From Pseudomonadota bacterium (lineage in GTDB: Bacteria; Bdellovibrionota; UBA1018; CAIMNF01), in NCBI GenBank assembly GCA_027486675.1, contig JAIXOQ010000017.1, forward strand, positions 188,231 to 252,230: 64,000 nucleotides of DNA, read 5' to 3'. Below, one piece after another: positions 9,424 to 19,309 of this stretch. The notes beneath the pieces were generated by a model, which did no database searches, was not told the DNA's origin, and saw nothing but the letters and a program-made list of their open reading frames with translations. How positions within the stretch are numbered: position 1 is the first letter of the stretch; the number at the start of each line of letters is the position of its first letter. A program made the translations under genes and the position numbers.

Positions 9424-10650
9424 ATGAATAAAATTAAAGTCAAAAATCCAGTGGTAGAACTCGACGGCGATGAGATGACACGAGTCATCTGGAAATTCAT
9501 CAAAGATAAGCTCATCCTTCCCTACCTGGACCTCACGATCGACTATTACGACCTCGGCATGGAAAATCGCGACAAAACAAACGATCAAGTGACCATTGAT
9601 TCGGCAAATGCGATCAAGAAACACCAAGTCGGCATCAAGTGCGCAACCATCACTCCAGATGAAGCGCGCGTCAAAGAATTTGGCCTTAAGGAAATGTGGA
9701 AATCTCCAAACGGAACCATCCGCAATATTTTGGACGGAACTGTCTTCCGTGAACCGATTGTATGTAAAAACATCCCTCGCTTAGTTCCAAACTGGAAAGC
9801 GCCGATCATCATTGGACGGCACGCTTACGGGGACCAGTACCGGGCAACGAACACCACCGTGAAGGGTAAAGGCAAACTCACGATGACTTTCACCCCTACC
9901 GATGGCAGCGCACCCAAGACTTGGGATGTCTTCGACTTCAAAGGTGACGGTGTGGCCATGGCGATGTATAACACCGACGAATCCATCCAAGGATTTGCTC
10001 GGGCTTGTTTTAACATTGCTTTGACAAAAGGCTGGCCACTTTATTTCAGCTCAAAAAACACCATTCTCAAACAATACGACGGACGGTTTAAGGACATTTT
10101 TGAAGAGATTTACCAAAAGGAATTTAAAGGTCAGTTCGAAGCGAAGAAAATCACTTACGAACACCGATTGATCGACGACATGGTTGCAAGCGCTCTCAAG
10201 ATGCATGGCGAATTCGTTTGGGCTTGTAAGAACTACGATGGCGATGTTCAATCCGACATCGTCGCACAGGGGTTTGGCTCTTTAGGGCTGATGACCTCGG
10301 TTCTCCTGACTCCAGACGGCAAAGTCTTAGAGGCCGAAGCCGCACACGGGACCGTGACGCGCCACTTCCGCCAGCATCAGCAGGGAAAACCCACCTCTAC
10401 AAATCCTATCGCTTCTATCTTCGCATGGACCCGAGGCTTGGCGTTCCGGGCGAAGCTGGATGGCAACCAGGAACTCGATCGCTTCTGCGCCACACTCGAG
10501 CGCGTTTGCGTTGAGGCGGTTGAGGCAGGACAGATGACTAAAGATTTAGCTGTGTGCATCCACGGTGAAAAGGTTGAGGCTAGCCACTATCTGACGACAG
10601 AGAAGTTTTTGGACGCGCTCAATGTTCGTTTAGCCAAAGCGATGTCCTAA
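9424..10650 (+). CDS. icd: NADP-dependent isocitrate dehydrogenase, subfamily II (eukaryote-like, IDH1 type)
   Basis: Near-identical blocks to human IDH1 recalled from memory: [100 protein letters not shown]. Start chosen at MNKIKVK, with GGAGA 7 nt upstream. Confidence 0.9.
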   Translation: MNKIKVKNPVVELDGDEMTRVIWKFIKDKLILPYLDLTIDYYDLGMENRDKTNDQVTIDSANAIKKHQVGIKCATITPDEARVKEFGLKEMWKSPNGTIRNILDGTVFREPIVCKNIPRLVPNWKAPIIIGRHAYGDQYRATNTTVKGKGKLTMTFTPTDGSAPKTWDVFDFKGDGVAMAMYNTDESIQGFARACFNIALTKGWPLYFSSKNTILKQYDGRFKDIFEEIYQKEFKGQFEAKKITYEHRLIDDMVASALKMHGEFVWACKNYDGDVQSDIVAQGFGSLGLMTSVLLTPDGKVLEAEAAHGTVTRHFRQHQQGKPTSTNPIASIFAWTRGLAFRAKLDGNQELDRFCATLERVCVEAVEAGQMTKDLAVCIHGEKVEASHYLTTEKFLDALNVRLAKAMS

Positions 10651-10668
10651 AGTCCCGCATTTTAGGAG

Positions 10669-11412
10669 CTAAAACGGCTTGCTCTTAGACAATAGAACTG
10701 GGGAATAAAGGTCCTCACTTAAGGGAATCTGACATTCACGGGGGTCTACTTCCCCATGATCCCTAAACTCCACCTCGGCTCGAATGAGCGCTAAGGGCCG
10801 AGACTCATTGCCTTCACCCATGCAAAAGACCGCCGCAGTTGCCAGGGCGTCAGCGACGTTGATACGCGTCATCTTAAGTTTGCGCCCAAAAAGATCGGGC
10901 GTACCCACACGGCTAAAGATGCCATTGAAGCCCGAATAGGAAAGAGCCGTCCCCGTCACCCCTGCGCGAAGCGGCGTGGTTTTTGAGTCCGTAAGAATGA
11001 CCCCGAAATGTTTGAGCCCAAACTGAGAGGCAATCGCGTCGCGGATTTTTTTTGCCTCTAAGAATGGATCCTCTGGATAAAGGATATAGAAGTCGCCTTC
11101 GGCATTGGATTCATCGATGCCAGCCGATGGAATAAAGAGGCCGTGCTTGATGGTCAGAAAGACTCCGTACCCCACAGCGCCCAGAAAAATATCGCTCTCT
11201 TGACGCACGAGCTCTTCCTTACCAATCGACCCCTTGGCCACAATGCGACCGAGCGCCAAGGATACAATCTTTGAGGTGACAGCTAGGACTGCGCCCTCTA
11301 GATCGGAGGCAACCAATCGTTCGCGGCCCAGCGCTAGGAAAATGAAGGAGTTGAGGTCCTCCCCTACGCGAAGTATCGGTGTGTGAATTGCCCGGACCAT
11401 GAGCGAGCTCAT
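10669..11412 (-). CDS. CofE-family gamma-glutamyl ligase homologue, a candidate alternative dihydrofolate synthase (FolC2-like)
   Basis: 247 aa with F420-0:gamma-glutamyl ligase-like blocks: AVTSKIVS, IDESNA, ILTDSK, RAGVTGTAL, NVADALATAAVFCMGE, LIR. Its ATG overlaps the folKP stop (ATGA). Confidence 0.75.
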   Translation of the reverse strand: MSSLMVRAIHTPILRVGEDLNSFIFLALGRERLVASDLEGAVLAVTSKIVSLALGRIVAKGSIGKEELVRQESDIFLGAVGYGVFLTIKHGLFIPSAGIDESNAEGDFYILYPEDPFLEAKKIRDAIASQFGLKHFGVILTDSKTTPLRAGVTGTALSYSGFNGIFSRVGTPDLFGRKLKMTRINVADALATAAVFCMGEGNESRPLALIRAEVEFRDHGEVDPRECQIPLSEDLYSPVLLSKSKPF

Positions 11413-12674
11413 CGGCTATGCGCCCACGCTAAGATGGCACGGTGGTGTAGAACAGGATCATGAACGCGCAAGATCTCAACACCTCGTCCGAGTAGGCCGA
11501 GTGATATCCCTAAGGTCTCAGCGTCTCTTTCTGAAGCAGAAGCGCTGGTGAAGTCACTCATGAATGACTTCCTAGAATGCGCAGACAGCACTGGAAGCGA
11601 GAACTTTCTCAGAGCATCAATCGCTTTTAATATTCGGACCGCCTGCAGAGAGTGTTTTCCAAAACCAAAGCCCGGATCAAGAATCACTCTTGAACTTGAG
11701 ATTCCCTCCTTTTCAAGTTGTTCCAACCGGATTTCAAACCACTTGAGCAGCTGATCCATCGGATGCTCTTTTTCTGTCAGCACATCTTGGGGTTGCGGTG
11801 GAACAGAAAGGCTATGCATCAAAACCACCTGCACGTTTGAACCTTTCAAAACCTCGATCATCTCTGGATCCCGTAAGCCGCTGACGTCGTTAATTAAATC
11901 TGCACCCATTTCAATCGCACGCGCTGCAGTGATCCCCCACCGTGTATCAACGCTGATTTTGGGGCGAAGGATCTTCCCGGCATAACGACCTTTCAGTTGC
12001 TTCAGAGGAGGCACCAACCGCTCCCACTCCTCTGCGGTACTGAGCTCTTGACTGCCCGGCCGTGTCGATTCCGCACCAATATCAATCCACCCGAGGGGAA
12101 TCGCATCCCAACGATCGAGTGTCCTTTCAATCTGCTCAGTACTTCGATTGAGGCCCGGGTCAGAGAATGAATCTGGGGTTACATTGAGAATCCCCATGAG
12201 TGAGGGTTGATGCCGCGCATGCGAACGCGCTTGATCAATGATCCGTTTCCCCATAAATGAATAGCGCGGCGCAATTTCCGCCCAAGGGTCTAATACAAAA
12301 GCTCTTTCCAAACAGCTTGGATGCGGGAGGGTTAACTGCTCCTCTTCTTGGACAACGCCATCCACTTCAAGAATATCGATGTCGATTGTACGAGGTGCCC
12401 ATTTCACTAATCGTTCACGTTTTAAGGACTCTTCGATTGAGGCACAAGCGGAAAGAAGCGCCTCCGGGGTTCCTGAGTAGCGACCTTCAAGCACAAGATT
12501 TAAGAACGGACGATTAAAGGCTTGAGGTGCATTTGGAAGAAGCAGTGCCGGTGATTCGCGAAGAGATGAGATGCGTTTGACTTCGAGGACCTCACCGAGT
12601 CGCTTGATCGCGATTTCAAGATTCTGTGCACGATCCTCTAAATTGGAGCCTAGGCCCAAAAAGACTTTAGCCAT
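11409..12674 (-). CDS. folKP: Bifunctional HPPK / dihydropteroate synthase (FolK-FolP fusion)
   Basis: The N-terminal HPPK domain has LGLGSNLEDR and RTIDIDIL. The C-terminal DHPS domain has MGILNVTPDSFSD, DIGAESTRPG, SVDT, INDVSG. Start chosen at MAKVFLGLGSN. The ORF extends to 12719. Confidence 0.85.
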   Translation of the reverse strand: MAKVFLGLGSNLEDRAQNLEIAIKRLGEVLEVKRISSLRESPALLLPNAPQAFNRPFLNLVLEGRYSGTPEALLSACASIEESLKRERLVKWAPRTIDIDILEVDGVVQEEEQLTLPHPSCLERAFVLDPWAEIAPRYSFMGKRIIDQARSHARHQPSLMGILNVTPDSFSDPGLNRSTEQIERTLDRWDAIPLGWIDIGAESTRPGSQELSTAEEWERLVPPLKQLKGRYAGKILRPKISVDTRWGITAARAIEMGADLINDVSGLRDPEMIEVLKGSNVQVVLMHSLSVPPQPQDVLTEKEHPMDQLLKWFEIRLEQLEKEGISSSRVILDPGFGFGKHSLQAVRILKAIDALRKFSLPVLSAHSRKSFMSDFTSASASERDAETLGISLGLLGRGVEILRVHDPVLHHRAILAWAHSR

Positions 12675-13035
12675 CGCTTCGTAACTCGTCTTCGTAAGTG
12701 ACTCCACCGAGCAATCCATCGATTGGGGGACGAACTTTGTGGAGCGTCAATACGACGCTAGTATCACGCTTGAGATGTGGGCGGACCGACGCTGCGGCAG
12801 CAGTCCACATCGCTTCGATAGTTGCGAATGGACGACCCTTCACAGCGGCAGAAATTGAATCACAGACCTCCCCGTAACAAATGGTGTGGGCGAGTTCATC
12901 CGACTGACAGGCCTCGGGTGGGATAGGAAAAACAAAACTCAAAGAGAAACGAACCTCTTGAAGCAGCGCGCGCTCGGCCGGCGTGCAACCGAGGTTCACA
13001 GAGACTGAAAACTGATTTACCGAGAGTTTGGCCAT
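12667..13035 (-). CDS. folB: Dihydroneopterin aldolase
   Basis: About 120 aa with a FolB-like pattern (LGCTPAER, ICYGEV). Start chosen at MAKLSVNQ so it does not overlap the upstream gene. It lies directly upstream of folKP. Confidence 0.7.
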   Translation of the reverse strand: MAKLSVNQFSVSVNLGCTPAERALLQEVRFSLSFVFPIPPEACQSDELAHTICYGEVCDSISAAVKGRPFATIEAMWTAAAASVRPHLKRDTSVVLTLHKVRPPIDGLLGGVTYEDELRSDG

Positions 13036-13039
13036 GATT

Positions 13040-14185
13040 TCATTCTCTTTTTTTGAACTGCATTTCAAGCGAGGACTCAAGAACCGCGCTCAGCCTTAGG
13101 ATGTCTCCGACAGATATTTTACCTTTAAACCAAGAAGGGAGCTGGCCTAAGCGGGTGTGCAGAGTTTTTGGAGTCATGAGCACACCTTGATTCATCCGCA
13201 CTTGGGTCAGGGCGAGAAAAAAGGTGCCGATGGTGTTCTGATCCTTTGCTGTGAGCGAGAAAGTACCTCCGTGCTCAGCCTGTGAGATGGCTGTTGTGAG
13301 TGCACGGTAAAGATACTCGTGATTTGAAAGAAGAGCTATGGCGTCAAATGCATGAGTACTCACCCCGTGCCTGTGCTCCACGACAAATCCACTCAAAGGT
13401 TTAAACTCAGATGAAAGAGATGGGACTAACCAGTAAAGAGCATTTGCGGCTCGTCTTACATCAAACTCAAACTCGTTCTCACCAAATAGATCTAAATTTC
13501 CGCGGAATCGGATTGTTTTTTCTGTGTCTGAGGTCGTCACGTGAATGTATGCAAAGGGCAATCCAGCTAAAGCGGCTCGCTTCAATCCGCCGGGTTCATC
13601 TAACACAGGGATGTACGAGATTTGCGTAGCGGCTTGGCCGATGGATTGGCCTAAGCTCAGCATAAATCTCTTCCGCCATTCCCCTACGGGGTCTGCGGCC
13701 TCAGCGATAGTCGGATTGGGTACTCCGACCGGGTCCTGATCAGTCAAGAGCTGTGGGTTCAATAACGCGTGGCCAATGAGTGCTAACTCAAGACCTGGAT
13801 CAAGCGCCTGAAAGTACTCATGCTTTAAAAGCATGCGATTGATCTCAAGTAGACGCCTCAAGAATGGACTTTGCACAGGAAGAACAGGGCCAGCCTTATC
13901 AACCTTGGTTTTTAGCTCGCGAATATATTCCTGATAGCGTAGGCCTATCGCTACTGGAACAGTAAACTTTGCCCTACGGGTTAAGACCTCTACGGTGTGA
14001 AGGATCGCTTCAATCTCGAGCGGATCAACGAAACCTTCGCCTTGCGCCAAACGTGCACACTTCAGCTGGAATGCGAGTTGATCATGGACTGGAGAAACAG
14101 AGTCATCCGCTGCAAGAGAAGGCAGAACGAAAAAAAGGGAAAGAAAGAAAACGACTTGTAAGCATCCGCCCGAGCACTTCCCCAT
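13040..14185 (-). CDS. Secreted hypothetical protein
   Basis: 381-aa ORF with an N-terminal signal peptide (FFLSLFFVLPSLAADD). No recognisable motif. Confidence 0.55.
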   Translation of the reverse strand: MGKCSGGCLQVVFFLSLFFVLPSLAADDSVSPVHDQLAFQLKCARLAQGEGFVDPLEIEAILHTVEVLTRRAKFTVPVAIGLRYQEYIRELKTKVDKAGPVLPVQSPFLRRLLEINRMLLKHEYFQALDPGLELALIGHALLNPQLLTDQDPVGVPNPTIAEAADPVGEWRKRFMLSLGQSIGQAATQISYIPVLDEPGGLKRAALAGLPFAYIHVTTSDTEKTIRFRGNLDLFGENEFEFDVRRAANALYWLVPSLSSEFKPLSGFVVEHRHGVSTHAFDAIALLSNHEYLYRALTTAISQAEHGGTFSLTAKDQNTIGTFFLALTQVRMNQGVLMTPKTLHTRLGQLPSWFKGKISVGDILRLSAVLESSLEMQFKKRE

Positions 14186-14249
14186 GCCTCAAAACAGTCA
14201 AGCCAGGACGGCATTCCGTCAATCGCTTAACCTTTACTATTGAGTCATC

Positions 14250-14525
14250 TTAAGCTGTTTTTCTGCGCGCCTTTTTCTTCTTTTTGGCGTGTTTCGCTTT
14301 TTTATTTTTCTTCGCATGTTTTGCGTGCTTCTTCTTTTTGCCAGTATGGGATTTCTGAGCCGGCTGCGCTGCCTCAGCTGTTGCCTCGGGCGAAGCATCA
14401 CCCATGGGTGCTGTTTGCCCTGCATCCCCTGCCTCAGTCGGGAGTGCTCCGTCTTCGGAATATGCTGGGACTGCCATCAACAAACACAGAACAACACTTC
14501 CAAGGCTAACTTTTAAATTTTTCAT
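14250..14525 (-). CDS. Small secreted protein with an extremely Lys-rich, histone-H1-like C-terminal tail
   Basis: 91 aa. Signal peptide LCLLMAVPAYSED. Ala/Glu/Pro linker. Then KKKKHAKHAKKNKKAKHAKKKKKARRK. The overlapping + strand frames are Cys/Leu/Phe-rich and implausible. Confidence 0.4.
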   Translation of the reverse strand: MKNLKVSLGSVVLCLLMAVPAYSEDGALPTEAGDAGQTAPMGDASPEATAEAAQPAQKSHTGKKKKHAKHAKKNKKAKHAKKKKKARRKTA

Positions 14526-14574
14526 AGGTGGGTCTCAAGATCCTTTATAGTAAATTAATATAACGGAGTCACTC

Positions 14575-15486
14575 ATGCAACCTAAGCGCAGACAGATCCC
14601 TTGGACAGCCCCTCTCTTCATCGCAATGCTTTTTGCAGGTTGCGCAAAGAAGACCACAGACACGACAACCGACATAGCCGAGCCTGCACAGCAGATTGCA
14701 GACGTCATGGCGTCCATCGACGAGGTTGCCGGAGCCTCTGGTAGCTACCTCGTAAAAGTGCCGGATCTTTCCACCAAGCGACTCTTTGCCCGCTACAACG
14801 TTGAGACAGCCCCCAATCTTTCTTTCGTCCCGACTGCGAATGCTGCCTCCTGCGCTTCCGCAGGTAGCGGTGCATTTACGACTTCAGGATCTAGCCCCTG
14901 TGTCCTCACTCGAACTTTCAATGTTTGTACAATTGGCTTTGGGACCTTTGTTGGAAATGTTGAGATGACGTTTTCAGGCGCAACCTGCAAATTAGCCTCG
15001 AATGGCCAATCTGTGGTGAGGGCACCCGAATTTCAGGTCACCGGCCTCAGAGACTCTCTGTTAACTGTATCTGTGCCAGCAGGAGCAAGTCCCGCAGGCC
15101 AGCAAATTTCTAGGATCAGCGCGACTGAATACACATTCACGAATGGAGGGATTCAACGGGTATTTACCAAGGATGGCAACACGGTGTTCGACTTCACAAC
15201 CACGACGACTTCAGCAATTAGCCTGTCCGGTGCCATTCGCTCAAATCGTGTGCTGAGTGGAGGTTCCCTCCGAGTCACCAACAATGTCAGCGGTCGGACC
15301 TGCGACTATGTTCCGACCAATGTGACTTGGGGCAGCACATGCAATTGCCCGACTTCCGGGTCTTGGACAGGAAGCTGTTCAGATGGAACCTCAACAACCC
15401 TCAACATCACAGGCTGCGGAAGCGGTACATTCACAATCGGTACGGATACAAACTCGGTCAGTTTTGATCGATGCTATTTGATCTAG
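14575..15486 (+). CDS. Cys-rich lipoprotein, hypothetical
   Basis: Lipobox LFAGC after a hydrophobic h-region. Ser/Thr/Gly-rich. Multiple Cys pairs near the C-terminus. Confidence 0.6.
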   Translation: MQPKRRQIPWTAPLFIAMLFAGCAKKTTDTTTDIAEPAQQIADVMASIDEVAGASGSYLVKVPDLSTKRLFARYNVETAPNLSFVPTANAASCASAGSGAFTTSGSSPCVLTRTFNVCTIGFGTFVGNVEMTFSGATCKLASNGQSVVRAPEFQVTGLRDSLLTVSVPAGASPAGQQISRISATEYTFTNGGIQRVFTKDGNTVFDFTTTTTSAISLSGAIRSNRVLSGGSLRVTNNVSGRTCDYVPTNVTWGSTCNCPTSGSWTGSCSDGTSTTLNITGCGSGTFTIGTDTNSVSFDRCYLI

Positions 15487-16514
15487 TCGATTCTGATACG
15501 GTTACGCGCAAGTTCAAATGCGGTCAGAAGCAGAGTCGGGAATCTTGGCGCACCCTTACGCCCGAGCCTCTGAAGGCGACCGTATTGCCACCACCGTGGC
15601 CTGACATAAATCAGCACTGCCGATGGATTCTCTTTTCTGATTTCCCGTAAAGCTTGTGCATCCTTCACATGCACCACCTTTTTGGCAAGGATGCGGCCCA
15701 CAAATGCCTGCTCTAAGGACTGATCGAAGTCCACAAGAACTACAGTGCGTGGATCGACTGCATGATGCTGGTGGGTCTGCCCCTGATTCAATCGCTCCTG
15801 CATCACGAGCGGATGAGGACCTAAATAGGGCGCAACTGGCTCTTTGGCATCGGAACTTTTCGAGCGCTCTCGCACATGACCGATCGTTTTTTCGGTGTGG
15901 TACCAATGGTGAAAGTCGTGTTTTTTAAGCTCCCACGCTTCTTTCTTTCTCACGTGCCCATAGTGGAATACACAGACCTCAGAATCGTAGATCTTCTGAC
16001 ACCCTGAAAAACTCTGCGCGTCTCCAGAACTTTGGATCCCCTGATTCAAGCGGATGCACCGAATCTCTGTCGGATACCAACGTTTTGCGATCGCAATCTG
16101 ATCTGGAGTGGCCCAGAAATGCAAATACCGAAAACGGATTGCATCAGCGCCGCAAGTTTCGGCGGCTTTTAGATCATTTTTTAGTTTCTCAAAATCCCAC
16201 TCGCCGATCACCTCATCACACTGCAGATAGAGCCCCCAGGCCGAAGCTTGCGGATGCGCTTGTTCTAAGGCAGATAACGCAACATTAGTCTGCTGCGATA
16301 ATATTTTTCCGCCTGACCGCAAGGATTCATCCCAAACAGTAGGCATAATTCTGATTTTCGGATCCTTCGGAATATTCACGGCTGTTTGGTCTTCAGAATC
16401 CCCAAGAGCCAGGTAGACCTCCTGGCAAAGGGAAGCCAAAGTCAGAAGAGTCTCTTTGAATGGGTAGTCGTATTTCACGCCATTCCTAAGAAAGGTGAAC
16501 CCGTAAAGCATCAC
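15483..16514 (-). CDS. Hypothetical protein, possibly a glycosyltransferase-like fold; last gene of the tldD-pmbA operon
   Basis: 343 aa. Its start overlaps the pmbA stop by 4 nt. The N-terminal block YGFTFLRNGVKYDYPF resembles some GT-like proteins, but I cannot confirm this. Confidence 0.5.
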   Translation of the reverse strand: MMLYGFTFLRNGVKYDYPFKETLLTLASLCQEVYLALGDSEDQTAVNIPKDPKIRIMPTVWDESLRSGGKILSQQTNVALSALEQAHPQASAWGLYLQCDEVIGEWDFEKLKNDLKAAETCGADAIRFRYLHFWATPDQIAIAKRWYPTEIRCIRLNQGIQSSGDAQSFSGCQKIYDSEVCVFHYGHVRKKEAWELKKHDFHHWYHTEKTIGHVRERSKSSDAKEPVAPYLGPHPLVMQERLNQGQTHQHHAVDPRTVVLVDFDQSLEQAFVGRILAKKVVHVKDAQALREIRKENPSAVLIYVRPRWWQYGRLQRLGRKGAPRFPTLLLTAFELARNRIRID

Positions 16515-17854
16515 AGCGGGAAATTCATTTCTTCAATGAGCATGCCAGGACAGAAAGCGCCTCCCACGGAGCGATGCACATAGGTCTGATTGAGCGGGCA
16601 CCACTCTGCCTTATCCCGCACCGCCATCAATCCTTTGCCCCAAATATGGAAGATGGACTCGTCAAACCGAAGGTCCTCAATGCCAGAGTGCAATTTGCCG
16701 TTCTTGACTAAAAACGCAGCGTGGCGAGTCATTCCTGTCATTCTCCCGTCTTGAAGATCACTCCAGTTCAGGTAATGCAGAGCAGGTAAATACAGACCGT
16801 CTTCCAGCTGACTCAGAATATCGTCTTCCTTCAGTTTCCCTGGCGCTAAAGAAAGCGACCTTGGCGTTTCAGATTCAGACGCGCCGTTGCTCTGGACGCC
16901 AAACTCCTTTTCCGTTCGCTTCCCGCAAAGCGCAGCATTGAGTCTGCCCTCTTTCAAAAGGTCCAAACGATCAGGCGCCACTTCTCCACCATCCGAAAAT
17001 CGCGGCACTAAACCATGGGTCAGATCGTCACTCAGAGAAACTAGCGGACTTAGGGTGCGCTCTAAGGTCTTTAAGTGCCTCAGCCAAGTTTGCTTCCGCT
17101 GAATGGCCCCTTCAGAGAGGGAACCGTATGAAAGAAGATCTAAGAGATCACTAATCGCGCCCGATTTCAGAAAAACACGGTATTTGCCGGGCGCTAGTCG
17201 AACAGGGACTTTTTCTTCAAGGATCGATCGCCTCAAACGATCATCAGAAATCTTTTTTAAATACAGGTCGTCATCCCACTCAGAGCCTGCATAGGATCCG
17301 GTCACGGCTTTTTTCCTAGAGGAAATGAGTGAATAATCGACAAGAAATGAATCGCTTTGGAAGACATTCCTCTGCGACATGCTATTCCAATAGCAACGCT
17401 TCACTTGGCCTGATGCACTGATGCCCACAAATTCTTCTCCGCTTATAGGAGAGAGAATTTTTTCAGCGATCTCGTGGGGCTCAAGAAGGCGTCCCACCAA
17501 GATTTGCTCAGTGGATGCAAGCCTCTGAGGTAGCACAGCAAAAGGATCCACCGGTATGGAGGTCAGCAAAGTCCTAAGTCGCGAGATTTCCTGCAAAACT
17601 CTGGATTCAACTTGAGACTGATCTATTGCGCCCAGTTGAAGTTCAGAAGAAGTCTTCTGAATGCCATCCCTGTCATTCCGGAAAAGCGTTATGCGCAACG
17701 AAGATTCGCGAACCAGGCCCGACTGCCTGACCTTCCCGGAATTAAACCGAAGATAGTGCGAGGATTCACCGACATAGTAGGCTTCGCACACTTCCGCTGC
17801 ATTGAGGGTTTTGAAAGCTTTGCTCAGGGCCTGATCTAAATTTTCTGTACTCAT
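16511..17854 (-). CDS. pmbA: PmbA/TldE-family (peptidase U62) protein
   Basis: 447 aa with the size and block pattern of PmbA. Lacks HExxxH. Its start overlaps the tldD stop by 4 nt. Confidence 0.75.
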   Translation of the reverse strand: MSTENLDQALSKAFKTLNAAEVCEAYYVGESSHYLRFNSGKVRQSGLVRESSLRITLFRNDRDGIQKTSSELQLGAIDQSQVESRVLQEISRLRTLLTSIPVDPFAVLPQRLASTEQILVGRLLEPHEIAEKILSPISGEEFVGISASGQVKRCYWNSMSQRNVFQSDSFLVDYSLISSRKKAVTGSYAGSEWDDDLYLKKISDDRLRRSILEEKVPVRLAPGKYRVFLKSGAISDLLDLLSYGSLSEGAIQRKQTWLRHLKTLERTLSPLVSLSDDLTHGLVPRFSDGGEVAPDRLDLLKEGRLNAALCGKRTEKEFGVQSNGASESETPRSLSLAPGKLKEDDILSQLEDGLYLPALHYLNWSDLQDGRMTGMTRHAAFLVKNGKLHSGIEDLRFDESIFHIWGKGLMAVRDKAEWCPLNQTYVHRSVGGAFCPGMLIEEMNFPL

Positions 17855-19281
17855 CCCTGACCTCCGAAGGTTTCAATATTGCGAAACACACATGCAGGCG
17901 AAGCATGGCCGACTCGGATCATCTGGTTGGGTTCAGCCTTTCCGCAGTTTGGGGTGCCGTAGACTTGAAATGTCTCTTGATTCCCAACATCAGAAAGCGA
18001 CATCCAAAAATCCTTGGAAACGCCCCGGTATCCTGGGTTACGCACGACTTCAGCGAGCTTCCCGTTTCGGATTCTTCTGCCGTATTCACAACCAAATTGA
18101 AATTTATTGCGATAGTCATCAATCGACCAGGATCGATTGGAGGACATAAGTACGCCATCCTCGATGGAACGCAAAAGCTCTGAGAAGGTCCGATTGCCTG
18201 GCTCGATATTCAGATTCGCCATGCGATCTAAGGGCGGCCGATTCCAACCGCTGGAGCGCGCATTTGCAACACCTGGTACCTTCGCTCGTGCGATGGACTC
18301 CAAACTTCCCAAACCCCGAAGAAGCTTCCCATTCTTAATCAAGAATTCTTTCTTTGCCTCGTGACCGACGTCATCAAAGCGGTAACTTGCGAACTCTTCT
18401 TCAATCGTCGGATCAAAGGTCACATTTAAAACCTCTGACCCATATTGAAGAGATCCAAAATCCGACAGTTGCACAAAGCTAGATCCTGCGTAGTTGCGTT
18501 CATCGCCTAATATTCGGTCCAACTCCAGCGGATGGCCGATGCTTTCATGAATCTGAAGCATCATCTGATCGGGCATCAAAAGAAGATCAAACTTTCCATC
18601 AGGACAAGGGGCTGCATGCAGCAATTCCTTTAACTCCTCACGTACCTGATCTATGGCCGAGTCTGTTACGCCTGCAAGGAGAGAGTCCCCGCCTTGGCGA
18701 CTTTGCGCTCTAAATCCTCCAAGACTTCGGGTTTGGGTTACAGGACCGCGACTTCCGGTTGCTTGTGCTTGAAAGGAGAAGAATCTCTGGGATCTTAGAA
18801 AGTTTGCCCCCCGCGTATCCATGAAACGCTGAGTGGTTTTAGTCGTGATCATCGTTGCTTCCGAATCGATGACTTCGGGGTCGAGCTTGAGTCTTGCGGA
18901 AATGGAATTGAGACGCTCCCAAACGAGAGCCTCATCAAGCCCCGGTTCATTAAACCCAAGGCCAACTTCAATATCCACACCCATTCCACGATGAATTTTT
19001 GGATCAAAGTAAAATGCGCCTCGCGTGCGAGCGGCTCTGGCTAGGGACCGCGCACTCTGTAATGCCCATTCTAAATCCTGCGGTTGCTCCCCCGGGCATG
19101 CTGCATAGCCAAAGCCACCATCTTCTGAGACCTCAACCATGAAGCCCAAATTCTGTTCCTCACTGCGGCTATCGAATGCGCCATTTCGAGAGGCGCGTAC
19201 CAGCACGTCCTCTTTTACGGTTCTTAAGCTGGCCCACTGCAAAGAAGGACGTTTGGAAAGGTCGAGGAATTGTTTTTCCAT
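17851..19281 (-). CDS. tldD: TldD-family metalloprotease (peptidase U62)
   Basis: HESIGHPLELD (the HExxxH motif of TldD). A Gly-rich C-terminal beta region. Start chosen at MEKQFLDL to avoid overlapping rlmN. The ORF extends to 19404. Confidence 0.8.
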   Translation of the reverse strand: MEKQFLDLSKRPSLQWASLRTVKEDVLVRASRNGAFDSRSEEQNLGFMVEVSEDGGFGYAACPGEQPQDLEWALQSARSLARAARTRGAFYFDPKIHRGMGVDIEVGLGFNEPGLDEALVWERLNSISARLKLDPEVIDSEATMITTKTTQRFMDTRGANFLRSQRFFSFQAQATGSRGPVTQTRSLGGFRAQSRQGGDSLLAGVTDSAIDQVREELKELLHAAPCPDGKFDLLLMPDQMMLQIHESIGHPLELDRILGDERNYAGSSFVQLSDFGSLQYGSEVLNVTFDPTIEEEFASYRFDDVGHEAKKEFLIKNGKLLRGLGSLESIARAKVPGVANARSSGWNRPPLDRMANLNIEPGNRTFSELLRSIEDGVLMSSNRSWSIDDYRNKFQFGCEYGRRIRNGKLAEVVRNPGYRGVSKDFWMSLSDVGNQETFQVYGTPNCGKAEPNQMIRVGHASPACVFRNIETFGGQG

Positions 19282-19309
19282 ACCTTCCAAGCTAACAAGG
19301 CTTGGGATC

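Noticed and set aside
9175-9627. 150-aa minus-strand ORF spanning the ABC-F end and the icd start
   Set aside because: It overlaps two well-supported genes on the opposite strand, and it has no motif.
14240-14516. Plus-strand ORFs 14240-14509 and 14289-14516
   Set aside because: These are alternative frames of the simple-sequence tract. They are Cys/Phe/Leu-rich, with no signal or motif. The minus-strand frame, with a signal peptide and K-rich tail, is more plausible, though not certain.
15556-15928. ORFs nested in the 15483-16514 gene on both strands
   Set aside because: They are nested in a longer ORF that is translationally coupled to pmbA.
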